64,000 bases of DNA from Clostridia bacterium (GTDB taxonomy: Bacteria; Bacillota; Clostridia; Oscillospirales; CAG-272), in assembly GCA_017625935.1 (NCBI GenBank), contig JAGALA010000032.1:16744-80743 (forward strand), in the 5' to 3' direction. This document shows, in pieces, positions 34,639-44,572 of this stretch (within the stretch, counting starts at the first letter, position 1; every line of letters starts with the position of its first letter). The translations under genes and the position numbers were made by a program. Under the pieces are notes generated by a model that was not told the DNA's origin, did not search any database, and saw only the letters and a list, made by a program, of their open reading frames with translations.

Positions 34639-34654
34639 AAAAAAAAAAAAAAAA
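34639..34654. repeat. A16 (T16 on the minus strand) homopolymer in a divergent promoter region
   Basis: 16 consecutive A residues, 71-86 nt upstream of the 824-aa surface-protein start and ~255 nt upstream of the fucosidase start. Confidence 0.95.
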
Positions 34655-34907
34655 CAAATGATTTTTGTGAAAAGTGCACAAAGTTTCGTTCTATTTCTAT
34701 GATTTTCAACATTTTTTCAAAGGTGTTTAATAGGTATTTATTGGTATTTCTTTGGTTAGTTTGCACAACGGTGGTTGAAATGTTAATTTTTTGTAAATAA
34801 TGCGTTTTTACGCACGCAAACAGAAAAAACTCTTAGCTTATCTTTTTTGTTGCAATTTACGGTGGGATATGGTACAATGCTTTTATCAACTTATGCGAGG
34901 TTTTACT

Positions 34908-35936
34908 ATGGAACAAATTAAATGGTTTAAGGAAGCAAAATACGGTCTTATGCTACACTTCGGGCTTTACTCTATGCTTGGCGGCGTTTACAAGGGACAG
35001 CGCTCGGACTACTACTCCGAGTGGATTCAATCCTACTGTGCTATTCCGAACAGCGAGATGGAAAAGCTGGCAAAAGCGTTCAATCCTATTTATTTTGACG
35101 CGGAGGAGTGGGCGCGCTTTGCATACGACTGCGGAATGAAATACATTGTTATTACAACGAAGCATCACGACGGCTTTGCGCTGTTTAAGTCAGAGGCGGA
35201 CTCCTACAACTGTCACGATTTTTCTCCGTTTGGACGAGATATAATCAAGGAGCTTTCCGACGCTTGCCGTAAATATGGCTTAAAGTTCGGCATTTACTAC
35301 TCACAGGACCTTGACTGGCACGAGAAAAACGGCGGCGGATATCTTACCGAGCCTGTTGGGTGTGCGGGCGTTTCGTGGGACAACTCCTGGGATTTTCCTA
35401 ATAAGGACGAAAAGAATTTTGAGATAACGTTCAGGAACAAAATTTTGCCTCAAATTGAGGAAATAATGACGAAATACGGTGAAATTTCTCTTGCTTGGTT
35501 TGATATGCCGCTTACCTTGACGAGCGAGCAAAGCGAGGAAATTTACAACCTTGTAAAGAAGCATCAGCCGTCTTGCCTTGTAAACTCACGCCTTGGAAAC
35601 GGTAAATACGACTACGTTTCACTCGGTGACAATGAAATTCCAAGCGAGTTTAGTGAAGCGAATGATGTTGAGATTGACTACAACTCTATCGAAGGCTTTA
35701 AGCCCTCGCCGTACGGTTTTTATGAATCGGCGTGTACCTTGAACGATTCTTGGGGATATAGCTCATGGAACCACAATTGGAAAAGTGCAGAAACGATTTA
35801 CGAAAATAAAAAGAGATTAAACGGTCTTGGAATTAATTACCTCATAAATATAGGCCCCGACCACCTTGGCAGATTTCCCGTTGAAGCACAGGAAATATTA
35901 AAAGGCGCAAGAGAGCTTGAAAAGAACAATAAATAG
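34908..35936 (+). CDS. alpha-L-fucosidase (GH29)
   Basis: 342 aa from MEQIKWFKEAKYGLMLHFGLYS. The ITTKHHDGFALFKS motif is present. TGgTACAAT, an extended -10 element, lies at 34870-34878. Confidence 0.85.
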   Translation: MEQIKWFKEAKYGLMLHFGLYSMLGGVYKGQRSDYYSEWIQSYCAIPNSEMEKLAKAFNPIYFDAEEWARFAYDCGMKYIVITTKHHDGFALFKSEADSYNCHDFSPFGRDIIKELSDACRKYGLKFGIYYSQDLDWHEKNGGGYLTEPVGCAGVSWDNSWDFPNKDEKNFEITFRNKILPQIEEIMTKYGEISLAWFDMPLTLTSEQSEEIYNLVKKHQPSCLVNSRLGNGKYDYVSLGDNEIPSEFSEANDVEIDYNSIEGFKPSPYGFYESACTLNDSWGYSSWNHNWKSAETIYENKKRLNGLGINYLINIGPDHLGRFPVEAQEILKGARELEKNNK

Positions 35937-35988
35937 TAAAATAGTGCGAATTTTGGACACGTGGTGAGGTTTTTTTCAAATCATGCAT

Positions 35989-36024
35989 AAAAAAAGAAGC
36001 TTGTGAATTCAAGCTTCTTTTTTG
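35989..36024. terminator. bidirectional terminator between the fucosidase and thioesterase genes
   Basis: AGAAGCTTG / CAAGCTTCT stem flanked by an A-run and a T-run. Confidence 0.7.
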
Positions 36025-36055
36025 TTGAATAATTCTTTGCGATGTGAATTTGGCA

Positions 36056-36439
36056 CTATTTAAGCTTTGAGTAGGTACGGGTAAGAAACTTTTCGGAATA
36101 GACGATAAATCTTTCGTGCGTGCCTTCTCCAATAAGCCCTGCTTCGTCGTACGCTTTTACCGAAAAGCAGACACGTCTGCCGTCAATTTCGGTAATTTCG
36201 GCTTCAACGGTGACATCCATACCAACGGGTGTGGCACTGACGTGCTTTACATTCATAAGAGTGCCAACGGTGGTTGTGCCTGCCTCCAAATCTGCGCTTA
36301 TGCACTTATAGGCACATTCCTCCATAAGAGCAATCATACGGGGAGTTGACAAAACCTCAAGCTCACCGCTGCCAAAGACCTTTGCGGTATCACTCTCTTT
36401 CACCTTGGTTATTATCTGATTCCTCTGCCCTATCTGCAT
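36056..36439 (-). CDS. hotdog-fold thioesterase (FlK-like family)
   Basis: 127 aa. DTAKVFGSGELEVLSTPRMIALMEE and GEGTHERFIV are typical of this family. RBS GAGGAAG lies 7 nt upstream. Confidence 0.75.
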   Translation of the reverse strand: MQIGQRNQIITKVKESDTAKVFGSGELEVLSTPRMIALMEECAYKCISADLEAGTTTVGTLMNVKHVSATPVGMDVTVEAEITEIDGRRVCFSVKAYDEAGLIGEGTHERFIVYSEKFLTRTYSKLK

Positions 36440-37082
36440 TTTTTTCTTCCTCTTTTTTCTTTTTATTGATTTTTACCTTTTTGCGTGATTTCCACGCCAT
36501 TTGCGAAAACAAAATTATTGCTTGAATCGGAACTCCCACCAAATATAGGAGCCAAAAAACAGAGCTATCAAGCGGCGTAAAGAAAATGAATGTCAGTATT
36601 ATTGCGGTGATTGATGACCAAACGGTAATGGAGCCGAAAATGAAATGTGCAATCCAGCTGAAATGCTGTCTGCCGATAAGCATAACGACTGCACAGGAAA
36701 CGGGAAGTGCCCAAACAAATGCAATCCAAAGCGGTGGCATTGGCTCAACAACCATACTGGAAATGAAACACAGGGTCGCCAAAAACCACGTTGCAGCTGC
36801 ACCCGTGATGCAAGACCAGATACGGTACATTTGGCGGTGCTTTTTCGCCTCATCCCTTTGGGGTGCTGTGCATTCCTCATTTGTTAAATCATTCATCGTT
36901 ATTCCGTAGAACTCACAAATCTCGTATAATACGTTTAGGTCGGGGAGAGTGTCGCCCTTTTCCCATCTTGATATCGCTTTATCCGAATAGTTAAGCCTCT
37001 CCGCAAGCTCCGCCTGCGTAATGCCCTTTTGCTTTCTTAAAGCTGAAAGGTTAACCGAGACTATAGATTTTATATCCTTCAT
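36390..37082 (-). CDS. XRE-family HTH regulator fused to a polytopic membrane domain
   Basis: The ATG at 37082 has RBS GGAGGA. HTH segment LRKQKGITQAELAERLNYSDKAISRWEKG, followed by 4-5 TM segments and a Lys/Glu tail. Its 3' end overlaps the thioesterase start by 50 nt. Confidence 0.75.
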   Translation of the reverse strand: MKDIKSIVSVNLSALRKQKGITQAELAERLNYSDKAISRWEKGDTLPDLNVLYEICEFYGITMNDLTNEECTAPQRDEAKKHRQMYRIWSCITGAAATWFLATLCFISSMVVEPMPPLWIAFVWALPVSCAVVMLIGRQHFSWIAHFIFGSITVWSSITAIILTFIFFTPLDSSVFWLLYLVGVPIQAIILFSQMAWKSRKKVKINKKKKEEEKNADRAEESDNNQGERE

Positions 37083-37143
37083 TGTTCCTCCACGCGCCAA
37101 AAAACAATGGCGCGGTATATAATTTCAAATGTAATTTTTGCGC

Positions 37144-37195
37144 GCGTACTATACGCGTTATTCATATTATAGCGCATATATTATAAAAAATCAAG
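37144..37195 (-). promoter_or_regulatory. promoter of the XRE regulator with a downstream palindrome
   Basis: On the minus strand: TTGATT (37195-37190), a 17-nt spacer, then TATAAT (37172-37167). The palindrome CGCGTA-CTA-TACGCG at 37144-37158 lies just downstream of the -10. Confidence 0.5.
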
Positions 37196-37382
37196 TAAAA
37201 TTTGCATATTCTACAATTTGTGGAGTGGCTTTTCTCACTTTTTTAGACACGCACGCCCGTTTTTTAGATAAGAAAACATAATATGTCCTTTACTATTTGG
37301 GTATAATTTGATAGAATTTCACCGTAATAAGCACCGCATAGCGACATATTCACTATCACTTTGAGAGGAGGGAGGGCTTCCC

Positions 37383-38189
37383 TTGAAGAAAAAAAGGGTT
37401 ATTTATTACAGCGATGAATTAAACGATGAATTTTCAACGGCTAAGATTGAGCCGAGAGTAATCGATGACGGGTACAAATACGTAAGAGAGTCGTTTGGCG
37501 ACAAAATCAAGCGTTTCTTTTGGTACAGAATGGTTTTCACCCCAATTGCCGCGTTTTACGCCAAGGTTATCAGAGGGCAGAAAATTGTCAACTCGCGCTT
37601 ACTCAAAAAATTCAAGTTTACGGGATATTTTCTTTACGGAAATCACACACACGCAATTGGCGATGCGCTAATGCCGCATTTTGCAAATTTCCCAAAGCAC
37701 AATTACATCATCGTGCATCCAAATAACGTTTCGATGAAATTTTTAGGGAATATCACGCCGTATCTCGGCGCACTTCCCTTGCCCGACACAAAGGGTGCCT
37801 ACAAAAGCTTTTGCGAAGCGATTGAAACAAGAATAAAGCAAAAGAAATGCATAATTATTTATCCGGAGGCACATATTTGGCCATACTATACTAAGATAAG
37901 GCCGTTTGTTGACACCTCGTTTTCGTATCCCATTAAGCACGACGTGCCTACGTTTTGCTTTACAAACACATACCAAAAGCGGCGCTTTTCAAAAAAGCCG
38001 CGTGTGGTAACTTACATTGACGGGCCGTTTTATCCGAACACGGACCTTTCCCCAAAGGAGCAAAGAAAGCACCTGCGCGACCAGGTATATGAATGTATGT
38101 GCGAGCGTGCCAAGCTTTCAAACGTCGAGGTTATAAGGTATCAGCGGCGCAAGAGCACGGACGAAGATGAAAACGGACAAAAATTTTAA
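37383..38189 (+). CDS. PlsC-type (lysophospholipid) acyltransferase-family protein
   Basis: 268 aa. TTG start preceded by GAGAGGAGGGAGG. Motifs GNHTHAIGD and IIYPEAHIWPYY are paralogous to the C-terminal domain of the 40056-41588 product. Confidence 0.65.
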   Translation: MKKKRVIYYSDELNDEFSTAKIEPRVIDDGYKYVRESFGDKIKRFFWYRMVFTPIAAFYAKVIRGQKIVNSRLLKKFKFTGYFLYGNHTHAIGDALMPHFANFPKHNYIIVHPNNVSMKFLGNITPYLGALPLPDTKGAYKSFCEAIETRIKQKKCIIIYPEAHIWPYYTKIRPFVDTSFSYPIKHDVPTFCFTNTYQKRRFSKKPRVVTYIDGPFYPNTDLSPKEQRKHLRDQVYECMCERAKLSNVEVIRYQRRKSTDEDENGQKF

Positions 38190-38264
38190 ATTTGACTTTC
38201 AATGGCAGAGCAATGCAATGCCACACGACTTTTCAACATAGCAGGATAACAAAAGGAAGTAAGA

Positions 38265-39098
38265 ATGGTAAATATTTTGTTTTGCGGAAACGATACGGTT
38301 TTTGACGGAATTTTGACATGTTCTCTTTCTATTCTCAGAAGAAGCCGTACCGACGAGGCGATAAATTTTTATATTTTCACAATGGACGTGTCGCATTTAC
38401 GCTCCGACTACGTTCCTATTTCAGACAAAAAGGTTGAGTTTTTAAATGACGTTGTTAAAAAATACAACTGTGACAACAGGGTTATTAAAATTGACGTTAC
38501 GGACTTATATATGCGCGAGTTTGATGGATGCCCAAACGAGGGAGCTTACTGCTCTCCCTACACGCTAATCCGTTTATTTGCCGATATTGTCCCGTTGCCC
38601 GACAAGGTGCTTTACCTTGATGCAGATCTGCTTTTCAACCGCGACATTCATCTTCTTTACGATTTGGACGTCTCGGGCTACGAGTATTTCGCATCAAGAG
38701 ACCACTACGGCAAGCATTTAATTAGTCCTAACTATATAAACGCAGGGGTTCTGCTTCTCAATATGAGAATGATAAGACAAACAGGGCTGCTTAAAAAGGC
38801 ACGTGAGCTTATCAAAACAAGGAAGCTGACGTTTGCCGACCAAAGCGCGATAATCCGCGCAACCACAAAGAAAAAGGTTATCTCGCAAAGATTTAACGAC
38901 CAAAAATCGCTACACAGAAAAACCGTTATAAGGCATTTTTCCAAGCGGCTATTTTGGCTACCCTACCCACACACCGCGAATATCAAGCAATGGAACATAA
39001 ACCGCGTGCATAAGGTATTCAGGTATTATGGGTTCGATGATATTCTTTATGAATATCTATATCTAAAATCCAAATTTGACAGGGAGTACAAACAATGA
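38265..39098 (+). CDS. glycosyltransferase family 8
   Basis: 277 aa. VLYLDADLLFNRD (DxD) and NAGVLLLN motifs. Confidence 0.8.
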   Translation: MVNILFCGNDTVFDGILTCSLSILRRSRTDEAINFYIFTMDVSHLRSDYVPISDKKVEFLNDVVKKYNCDNRVIKIDVTDLYMREFDGCPNEGAYCSPYTLIRLFADIVPLPDKVLYLDADLLFNRDIHLLYDLDVSGYEYFASRDHYGKHLISPNYINAGVLLLNMRMIRQTGLLKKARELIKTRKLTFADQSAIIRATTKKKVISQRFNDQKSLHRKTVIRHFSKRLFWLPYPHTANIKQWNINRVHKVFRYYGFDDILYEYLYLKSKFDREYKQ

Positions 39099-40042
39099 AT
39101 AAGCAAATTCCGATTTTTTATGCTTGCGACGATGCGTTTGTCAAGTATACAATAGTTTCCTTGACCTCTATCAAGGAAAATGCTTCTTCGGACAGAAAAT
39201 ATCACGTTTACGTTTTATATACAGACATTTCCGACGAAATGAAGCAAAAGTTGCTCGCGCTTGGCGACGAGAATTTTGAAATCAGCTTTGAAAACGTTAG
39301 TGAGCAATTGAATTTGATTTCAAAGAGCTTGCCGCTTCGCCACTACTACTCTAAAACGACGTATTACCGTCTTTTTATCGCTACTATGTTTCCCAAGCTT
39401 GACAAGGCAATTTATATCGACAGCGATACTATCGTCCTTGGTGATATAAGCAAGCTTTACGGTATAGAGCTTGGCGACAAGCTCGTTGGCGCGTGCCACG
39501 ATCAGGCGATGGAGCAGATTGACGTTTACGGCACTTACGTTGAGGAGGTTATCGGCATTTCAAGAAACGAATTCTTTAACGCAGGCATTTTGCTTTTGAA
39601 CACTAAGGCGATAAGAGAATTCGGCGTGCTTGACAAGTTCATTTACTACCTTGGCGTGTACGATTTCATAGTAACTCAGGACGAGGACTACCTAAACCTC
39701 GTTTGCAAGGACCGTGTGCTTTGGCTCGACCAAAAGTGGAACACGGAGCTTATTGAGTTCTTTAAGTACGACTATGACATCACCGAGGCGAATATTTTGC
39801 ACTACATAATGGTTAACAAGCCCTGGCACTACCACAATTGCCGCGGTGCAGATATATTCTGGAAATATGCAAAAATGACCTCGGTTTACGATATGCTCGT
39901 TTCCGAGCTTGAGAGCTACACAGACGAGGAAAGAGCGCGCGACGCGGAGTCTGCCGACAATCTTTGCCAAATGGCAATTAACGAAACAGCGAGAGAGGAC
40001 AGCTTTTACAAGGTTTGGAAGGATAAGCTGCCGTTAGTTTAA
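39095..40042 (+). CDS. glycosyltransferase family 8
   Basis: 315 aa. AIYIDSDTIVLGD (DxD) and FNAGILLLN motifs. 4-nt overlap with the upstream GT8. Confidence 0.8.
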   Translation: MNKQIPIFYACDDAFVKYTIVSLTSIKENASSDRKYHVYVLYTDISDEMKQKLLALGDENFEISFENVSEQLNLISKSLPLRHYYSKTTYYRLFIATMFPKLDKAIYIDSDTIVLGDISKLYGIELGDKLVGACHDQAMEQIDVYGTYVEEVIGISRNEFFNAGILLLNTKAIREFGVLDKFIYYLGVYDFIVTQDEDYLNLVCKDRVLWLDQKWNTELIEFFKYDYDITEANILHYIMVNKPWHYHNCRGADIFWKYAKMTSVYDMLVSELESYTDEERARDAESADNLCQMAINETAREDSFYKVWKDKLPLV

Positions 40043-40055
40043 TAAGGAGCATATT

Positions 40056-41588
40056 ATGAAAAAGCAAAAAACCTGCTTATATTTCCCTTGCGAGATCATC
40101 GATTTTGATAAGCTTTCAAGGATTGCTTTAAAGCTTGGTAATTATTTTTCACCAAATGAAACGGAAATTCACTTTTTAGTGAAGGAGATAGGCGGCTGTG
40201 ATGCAGAAGCGCTCACCTCTCTTTTCGGTGACTTTAAGTGCTGCTTTGACGACGTGAGCGAATACGTTTGCGACAGCGGTAGCTTCTATAAATTTGCTAT
40301 ACCCGCGATTTGCAAGGCGGACAAGGCGATTTTTATAAATCCCGAGTCGAAAATAGAGCTTGACCTTGGAAAGCTGTCGTCTTTGGAGCTTGGAGATTAC
40401 TACGTTGCGGCGTACCACGATATTTCCTTTGATACGTCTCCCCTTTCTGACTATTCGGAAAAGGTGCTCGGCATAAGCCACTATTTGTACACTGTCGGTG
40501 ACTACGTTATATTTAACGTAAAAAAGCTACGCCAAAACGGTGCTTACGAAAGATTTATGCTATACCGCGATTTTTGCGATTTTACGTTTGCGCGCGAGGA
40601 TTCACTTTTCAACCTTGTTTTCAAGGACAGAATTTTACTTATCGGCGATATTGAAAGCGGAACGGTTGCGGGTGAGGACGTGGCGCGTCAGCTTGAGAGT
40701 GAGGACGCCTTCCTTACAAAATGGAACCGTGAAAAACGCGCGGGCGACAGAGTTGGTGTTTGCCAAAAAATCGAGGATTTTGAGAAAAACGGCATATTTG
40801 ACCAGGACGTTGAGGACGACGTGCCCGGTAGGATGATAATGCCCGAGGAAATTGAATACGTAAAGAAAACGGCAAAGGAAAAAATAAAGGCAAAGATCGC
40901 GTTTTCTATGGCGAAAAGATTTTACTACAAGCTCGAAAAGAAAAAGATGGTTATGATAAATGACGAGGTTGACGGGCTTGAAAATCTTGCTAATTTAGAC
41001 ACAGGTGCGGTTATAACCTGTAATCACTTCAACGCAATGGACAGCTTTGCAATGCATTGGGTGTATCTAAAATCGAAACAAAAAAAGAGAAAGCTATATA
41101 GGGTTATACGTGAGGGTAACTACACCTCATTCCCCGGATTTTTCGGCTTCCTTATGCGCAATTTCTACACTCTGCCACTCTCCTCTAACCATAAAACAAT
41201 GAGAAAATTTATGGCAGGTGTAAACGAGCTTTTAACGACGGGACATTTTGTGCTTGTTTACCCTGAGCAGTCAATGTGGTGGAATTACAGAAAGCCAAAG
41301 CCACTGAAGCCCGGTGCATTTTCATTTGCCGCAAAGAACGGTGTGCCTGTTTTACCTATCTTTATTTCAATGCGTGATTCGGGCGTTTTAGGCCCTGACG
41401 GCTACTACGTTCAGGAATATAAAATGCATATCGGCAAGCCGATTTACCCCAACCCAGATATGGGCTCACGCGAAAATATTGACGTGATGATGAAGGAAAA
41501 TGAGCGCGTTTGGCGTGAAATATACGAGCGTGAGTATCAGATTCCACTTGAATATACAAAAGACGCAGAAAATGCTGCAATAGAATAA
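40056..41588 (+). CDS. fusion protein: degenerate GT8-like N-terminal domain plus PlsC-type acyltransferase C-terminal domain
   Basis: 510 aa. The N-terminal domain aligns with the two GT8s, but the DxD position reads AIFINPESKIELD. The C-terminal domain has CNHFNAMD (HX4D) and VLVYPEQSMWWNY. Confidence 0.7.
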   Translation: MKKQKTCLYFPCEIIDFDKLSRIALKLGNYFSPNETEIHFLVKEIGGCDAEALTSLFGDFKCCFDDVSEYVCDSGSFYKFAIPAICKADKAIFINPESKIELDLGKLSSLELGDYYVAAYHDISFDTSPLSDYSEKVLGISHYLYTVGDYVIFNVKKLRQNGAYERFMLYRDFCDFTFAREDSLFNLVFKDRILLIGDIESGTVAGEDVARQLESEDAFLTKWNREKRAGDRVGVCQKIEDFEKNGIFDQDVEDDVPGRMIMPEEIEYVKKTAKEKIKAKIAFSMAKRFYYKLEKKKMVMINDEVDGLENLANLDTGAVITCNHFNAMDSFAMHWVYLKSKQKKRKLYRVIREGNYTSFPGFFGFLMRNFYTLPLSSNHKTMRKFMAGVNELLTTGHFVLVYPEQSMWWNYRKPKPLKPGAFSFAAKNGVPVLPIFISMRDSGVLGPDGYYVQEYKMHIGKPIYPNPDMGSRENIDVMMKENERVWREIYEREYQIPLEYTKDAENAAIE

Positions 41589-41605
41589 TTAAATAGCTAT
41601 AAACG

Positions 41606-41650
41606 ACAAAAATCCGCGGATTTCGCTTGAAATCTGCGGATTTATTTTTA
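41606..41650. terminator. bidirectional terminator between the GT cluster and the his operon
   Basis: AAATCCGCGGATTT / AAATCTGCGGATTT hairpin (one G-T pair), followed by ATTTTTATT. Confidence 0.6.
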
Positions 41651-41659
41651 TTATGTCAG

Positions 41660-42454
41660 TCATATTATTTGGTCTAATGAGCGAATATATCTATATCCGC
41701 AAACGCTAAGCTCGCGCATTAATTCCTTTATGCCGAATCCAACCGTCTCCACGCTATGGCTATCGGAGTTGATAACAAACGGCTTGCCACTGTCGGCAAT
41801 TTCGTCCATTATTTCCTCCTGTGGGTAAGGGCAGGTTCTGTATCCGCGCGAAATTGCACCCGTGTTTATCTCAAAGATTGCAGGTGATTTTATAAGCTCG
41901 CTAAGCGCTTCCCTTGCCGCCTTTTTGTAACGCGGCGCGTTTGTGTCGATGAGCGGCAGCTTCTCGTTAAACTTCGTTACAAGGTCGAAATGCCCGATTA
42001 TTTGACACTTTGTCTTGTTGTAAACGTCTTTAACAAGATTGTAATAATCCTCGCAATATGCAAGCGCATCTCCGCCGTAATGCTTTTTAATGTTCGCCTT
42101 CACCTCGTCTGCGCTAATATCTATCGCTAAATACTCGCCGTTTTTATAAATGAAGTGAACGGAGCCGATAACATAGTCAAAGCCGTCCGTGGAATTTTCG
42201 GAAAAATAGTCCTGCTCGATGCCGACGTAGATTTTTATTTGCTCCTTATATTTCTCACGCAGGCTGAAAAGCTCACTTTTATATTCGTCCAAGCGTTCTT
42301 CCTTGATAGCCCAATCCGTCTCAAAAGGAAGGGGGGAGTGTACGGAAAAGCCGATTTCCGTCATATTTGCGCCTATTGCCGCAAGCACCATTTCCTCGGG
42401 TGAGTTCTTTCCGTCACAGTAGGTTGTGTGGGTGTGATAGTTCGTTATTTTCAT
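41660..42454 (-). CDS. hisJ: histidinol-phosphatase, PHP family
   Basis: 264 aa. N-terminal YHTHTTYCDG, later SVHSP and GHFD motifs. It is the last gene of the his operon. Confidence 0.8.
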   Translation of the reverse strand: MKITNYHTHTTYCDGKNSPEEMVLAAIGANMTEIGFSVHSPLPFETDWAIKEERLDEYKSELFSLREKYKEQIKIYVGIEQDYFSENSTDGFDYVIGSVHFIYKNGEYLAIDISADEVKANIKKHYGGDALAYCEDYYNLVKDVYNKTKCQIIGHFDLVTKFNEKLPLIDTNAPRYKKAAREALSELIKSPAIFEINTGAISRGYRTCPYPQEEIMDEIADSGKPFVINSDSHSVETVGFGIKELMRELSVCGYRYIRSLDQII

Positions 42455-43101
42455 TTTGTCATTTTTTCCTGTTTAACCTTGTGGTCGATGATATGACGTG
42501 AGGCAAGCTCTCTTTGAATATCCTCAACAGAAATGCCCATTTGAACCATCAAAACCATTGTGTGATATGCAAGGTCGGCAATTTCGTAGATAGTTTCCTT
42601 TTTGTCGTCTGCCTTGCCTGCAATTATAACCTCGGTGCATTCCTCGCCTACCTTTTTAAGGATTTTGTCCGTTCCCTTTTCAAAAAGATATGTGGTGTAT
42701 GAGCCCTCGGGTCTGTCCTTTTTTCTGCCAACCAAGAGGTCGTATAAGCCGTTTATTGTAAACTCGTGCAGTTCGTCGCTTTGGTAAACCTCGTTTGTAA
42801 AGCAGGTGTCAGTGCCTGTGTGGCAGGCGGGGCCGTCCTTTTCAACAACAACGGTTAAGGCATCAAGGTCGCAATCTGCGGTGATGGAAACGATATGCTG
42901 ATAGTTTCCGCTTGTTTCACCCTTGAGCCAAAGCTCCTTTCTCGAACGGCTGTAAAAGCAGGTCAAGCCCTTCTCCATTGAGATTTTAAGGCTTTCCTTA
43001 TTCATATATGCAACAGTTAAAACCTTTTTGGTAAATGCATCAACAACCACGGCAGGAATCAAGCCGTTTTCGTCATATTTTAATTTTTCTATATCAATCA
43101 T
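42451..43101 (-). CDS. hisI: bifunctional phosphoribosyl-AMP cyclohydrolase / phosphoribosyl-ATP pyrophosphatase
   Basis: 216 aa. HisI part SRSRKELWLKGETSGN...DCD, and HisE part LYDLL...EEC(T)E. Confidence 0.9.
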   Translation of the reverse strand: MIDIEKLKYDENGLIPAVVVDAFTKKVLTVAYMNKESLKISMEKGLTCFYSRSRKELWLKGETSGNYQHIVSITADCDLDALTVVVEKDGPACHTGTDTCFTNEVYQSDELHEFTINGLYDLLVGRKKDRPEGSYTTYLFEKGTDKILKKVGEECTEVIIAGKADDKKETIYEIADLAYHTMVLMVQMGISVEDIQRELASRHIIDHKVKQEKMTK

Positions 43102-43103
43102 CG

Positions 43104-43862
43104 TTATATCCTCGCTTTAATGCCATTATTTATAAGCTCCTTTTTGAGCTCGTTTATTTTTACCTCGCCGAAGTGGAAAATCGATGCGGCAAGACCTGCG
43201 CTCACGCTTGGGATTTCCTTAAAAAGCTCAACAAAATCCTGAGTTGAGCCAGCACCGCCCGATGCAATAACAGGGACATTTACCGCCTCACAAACGAGCT
43301 TTAAGAGCTCGATATCGAAGCCGTTTTTCACTCCGTCAGTATCTATGGAGTTTACAACAACCTCGCCCGCGCCCAGCTCAACGCATTTTTTAATCCACGA
43401 GATTGCCTCCATACCTGTGTTTTCACGTCCACCCTTTGAAAAGACGGTGAAAACGCCATCAACTCTTTTTACGTCTGCGGAAATAACAACGCATTGGTTG
43501 CCGTATTTCTTTGCCGCCTCGGTAATTAGATTAGGGTTTTTGATAGCGCCCGAGTTTACGCTGACCTTATCGGCACCGCATTTTAAAACCCTGTCAAAAT
43601 CGTCAATTGTGTTTATGCCGCCGCCAACGGTCAAGGGGATGAACACGTTTTCTGCCACCTTGGTAAGTATTTCGGTGAACAGGCGTCTTTCCTCGTGTGA
43701 CGCGGTAATATCGTAGAAAACAAGCTCGTCAGCGCCGTTTTCCGAATAGTATTTTGCCAAAACGGCAGGATCGTTTACGTCGTTTATTCCTTCAAAATTC
43801 ACGCCCTTAACAACTCGTCCGTTACGCACGTCGAGGCAAGGGATTATTCTTTTTGTTATCAT
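43104..43862 (-). CDS. hisF: imidazole glycerol phosphate synthase, cyclase subunit
   Basis: Start at [12 protein letters not shown] (ATGA overlap with the hisA stop). The track's upstream extension was rejected. Confidence 0.9.
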   Translation of the reverse strand: MITKRIIPCLDVRNGRVVKGVNFEGINDVNDPAVLAKYYSENGADELVFYDITASHEERRLFTEILTKVAENVFIPLTVGGGINTIDDFDRVLKCGADKVSVNSGAIKNPNLITEAAKKYGNQCVVISADVKRVDGVFTVFSKGGRENTGMEAISWIKKCVELGAGEVVVNSIDTDGVKNGFDIELLKLVCEAVNVPVIASGGAGSTQDFVELFKEIPSVSAGLAASIFHFGEVKINELKKELINNGIKARI

Positions 43863-44572
43863 TTTGAGACCTCGATTGCTTCCTTTAAGTCTATTGCGCC
43901 TGTGTAGTACGCCTTTCCGATAATTGCACCCCAAACGCCGATTTTTTTAAGTGCTTTAACGTCGTCTATGCTTGAAACGCCGCCCGAGGCAACGATTTGG
44001 AGGGAATATTTTTCGCTAAGTTCCTTATATAATTCAAGGTTTGTGCCCTTCATTGCGCCGTCCTTTGAAATGTCGGTGCAGATTACTGCTTTTACGCCGA
44101 TTTTTTGCATTTTATCAAGAAAATCCTCAAGGGAGTATTCGCTTTTTTCGACCCAACCCTTTATGGCGATATAGCCGTCCTTAACGTCCGCACCAACGGC
44201 AATTTTCTCTCCGTATTTTTCAACCGCTTGGCGAAGGAATGCTTCGTCATTTACTGCGCTTGTGCCGAGAATAACGCGGTCTGCTCCGTTTGTAAGATAC
44301 GTTTCCACGGTTTTCATATCGCGAATTCCACCGCCGATTTCAAGAAAAAGCTTTGTAGATGATGCAATTTTCTTAACAACCTCAAGGTTGGGTGTTTCAC
44401 CCGTTTTTGCGCCCTCAAGGTCGACCACGTGGATGAATTTCGCGCCTTTTTTCTCAAAATCGATGGCAATTTCCCACGGTCTTTCGCTATACACGGTCAT
44501 TTGATTGTAGTCGCCCTTATAAAGACGAACCGCTTTTTTGTCATAGAGGTCTATTGCGGGAAAAATATTCAT
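43859..44572 (-). CDS. hisA: ProFAR isomerase
   Basis: 237 aa. IFPAIDL, VVDLEGA and GGGIR motifs. Confidence 0.9.
   Translation of the reverse strand: MNIFPAIDLYDKKAVRLYKGDYNQMTVYSERPWEIAIDFEKKGAKFIHVVDLEGAKTGETPNLEVVKKIASSTKLFLEIGGGIRDMKTVETYLTNGADRVILGTSAVNDEAFLRQAVEKYGEKIAVGADVKDGYIAIKGWVEKSEYSLEDFLDKMQKIGVKAVICTDISKDGAMKGTNLELYKELSEKYSLQIVASGGVSSIDDVKALKKIGVWGAIIGKAYYTGAIDLKEAIEVSK

Noticed and set aside
34569-34800. A 66-aa N-terminal extension of the surface protein (track start 34766) and a 107-aa plus-strand ORF at 34477-34800.
   Set aside because: The extension crosses the A16 tract, giving FFFFLF and KKKKK strings. It lacks an RBS and precedes a textbook RBS plus signal peptide at 34568.
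36390-36439. The 50-nt overlap between the XRE membrane regulator and the thioesterase as a sign of a frameshift or pseudogene.
   Set aside because: Both ORFs are full length for their families. The thioesterase has a well-spaced GAGGAAG RBS inside the overlap. Only the low-complexity Lys/Glu tail of the regulator is involved.
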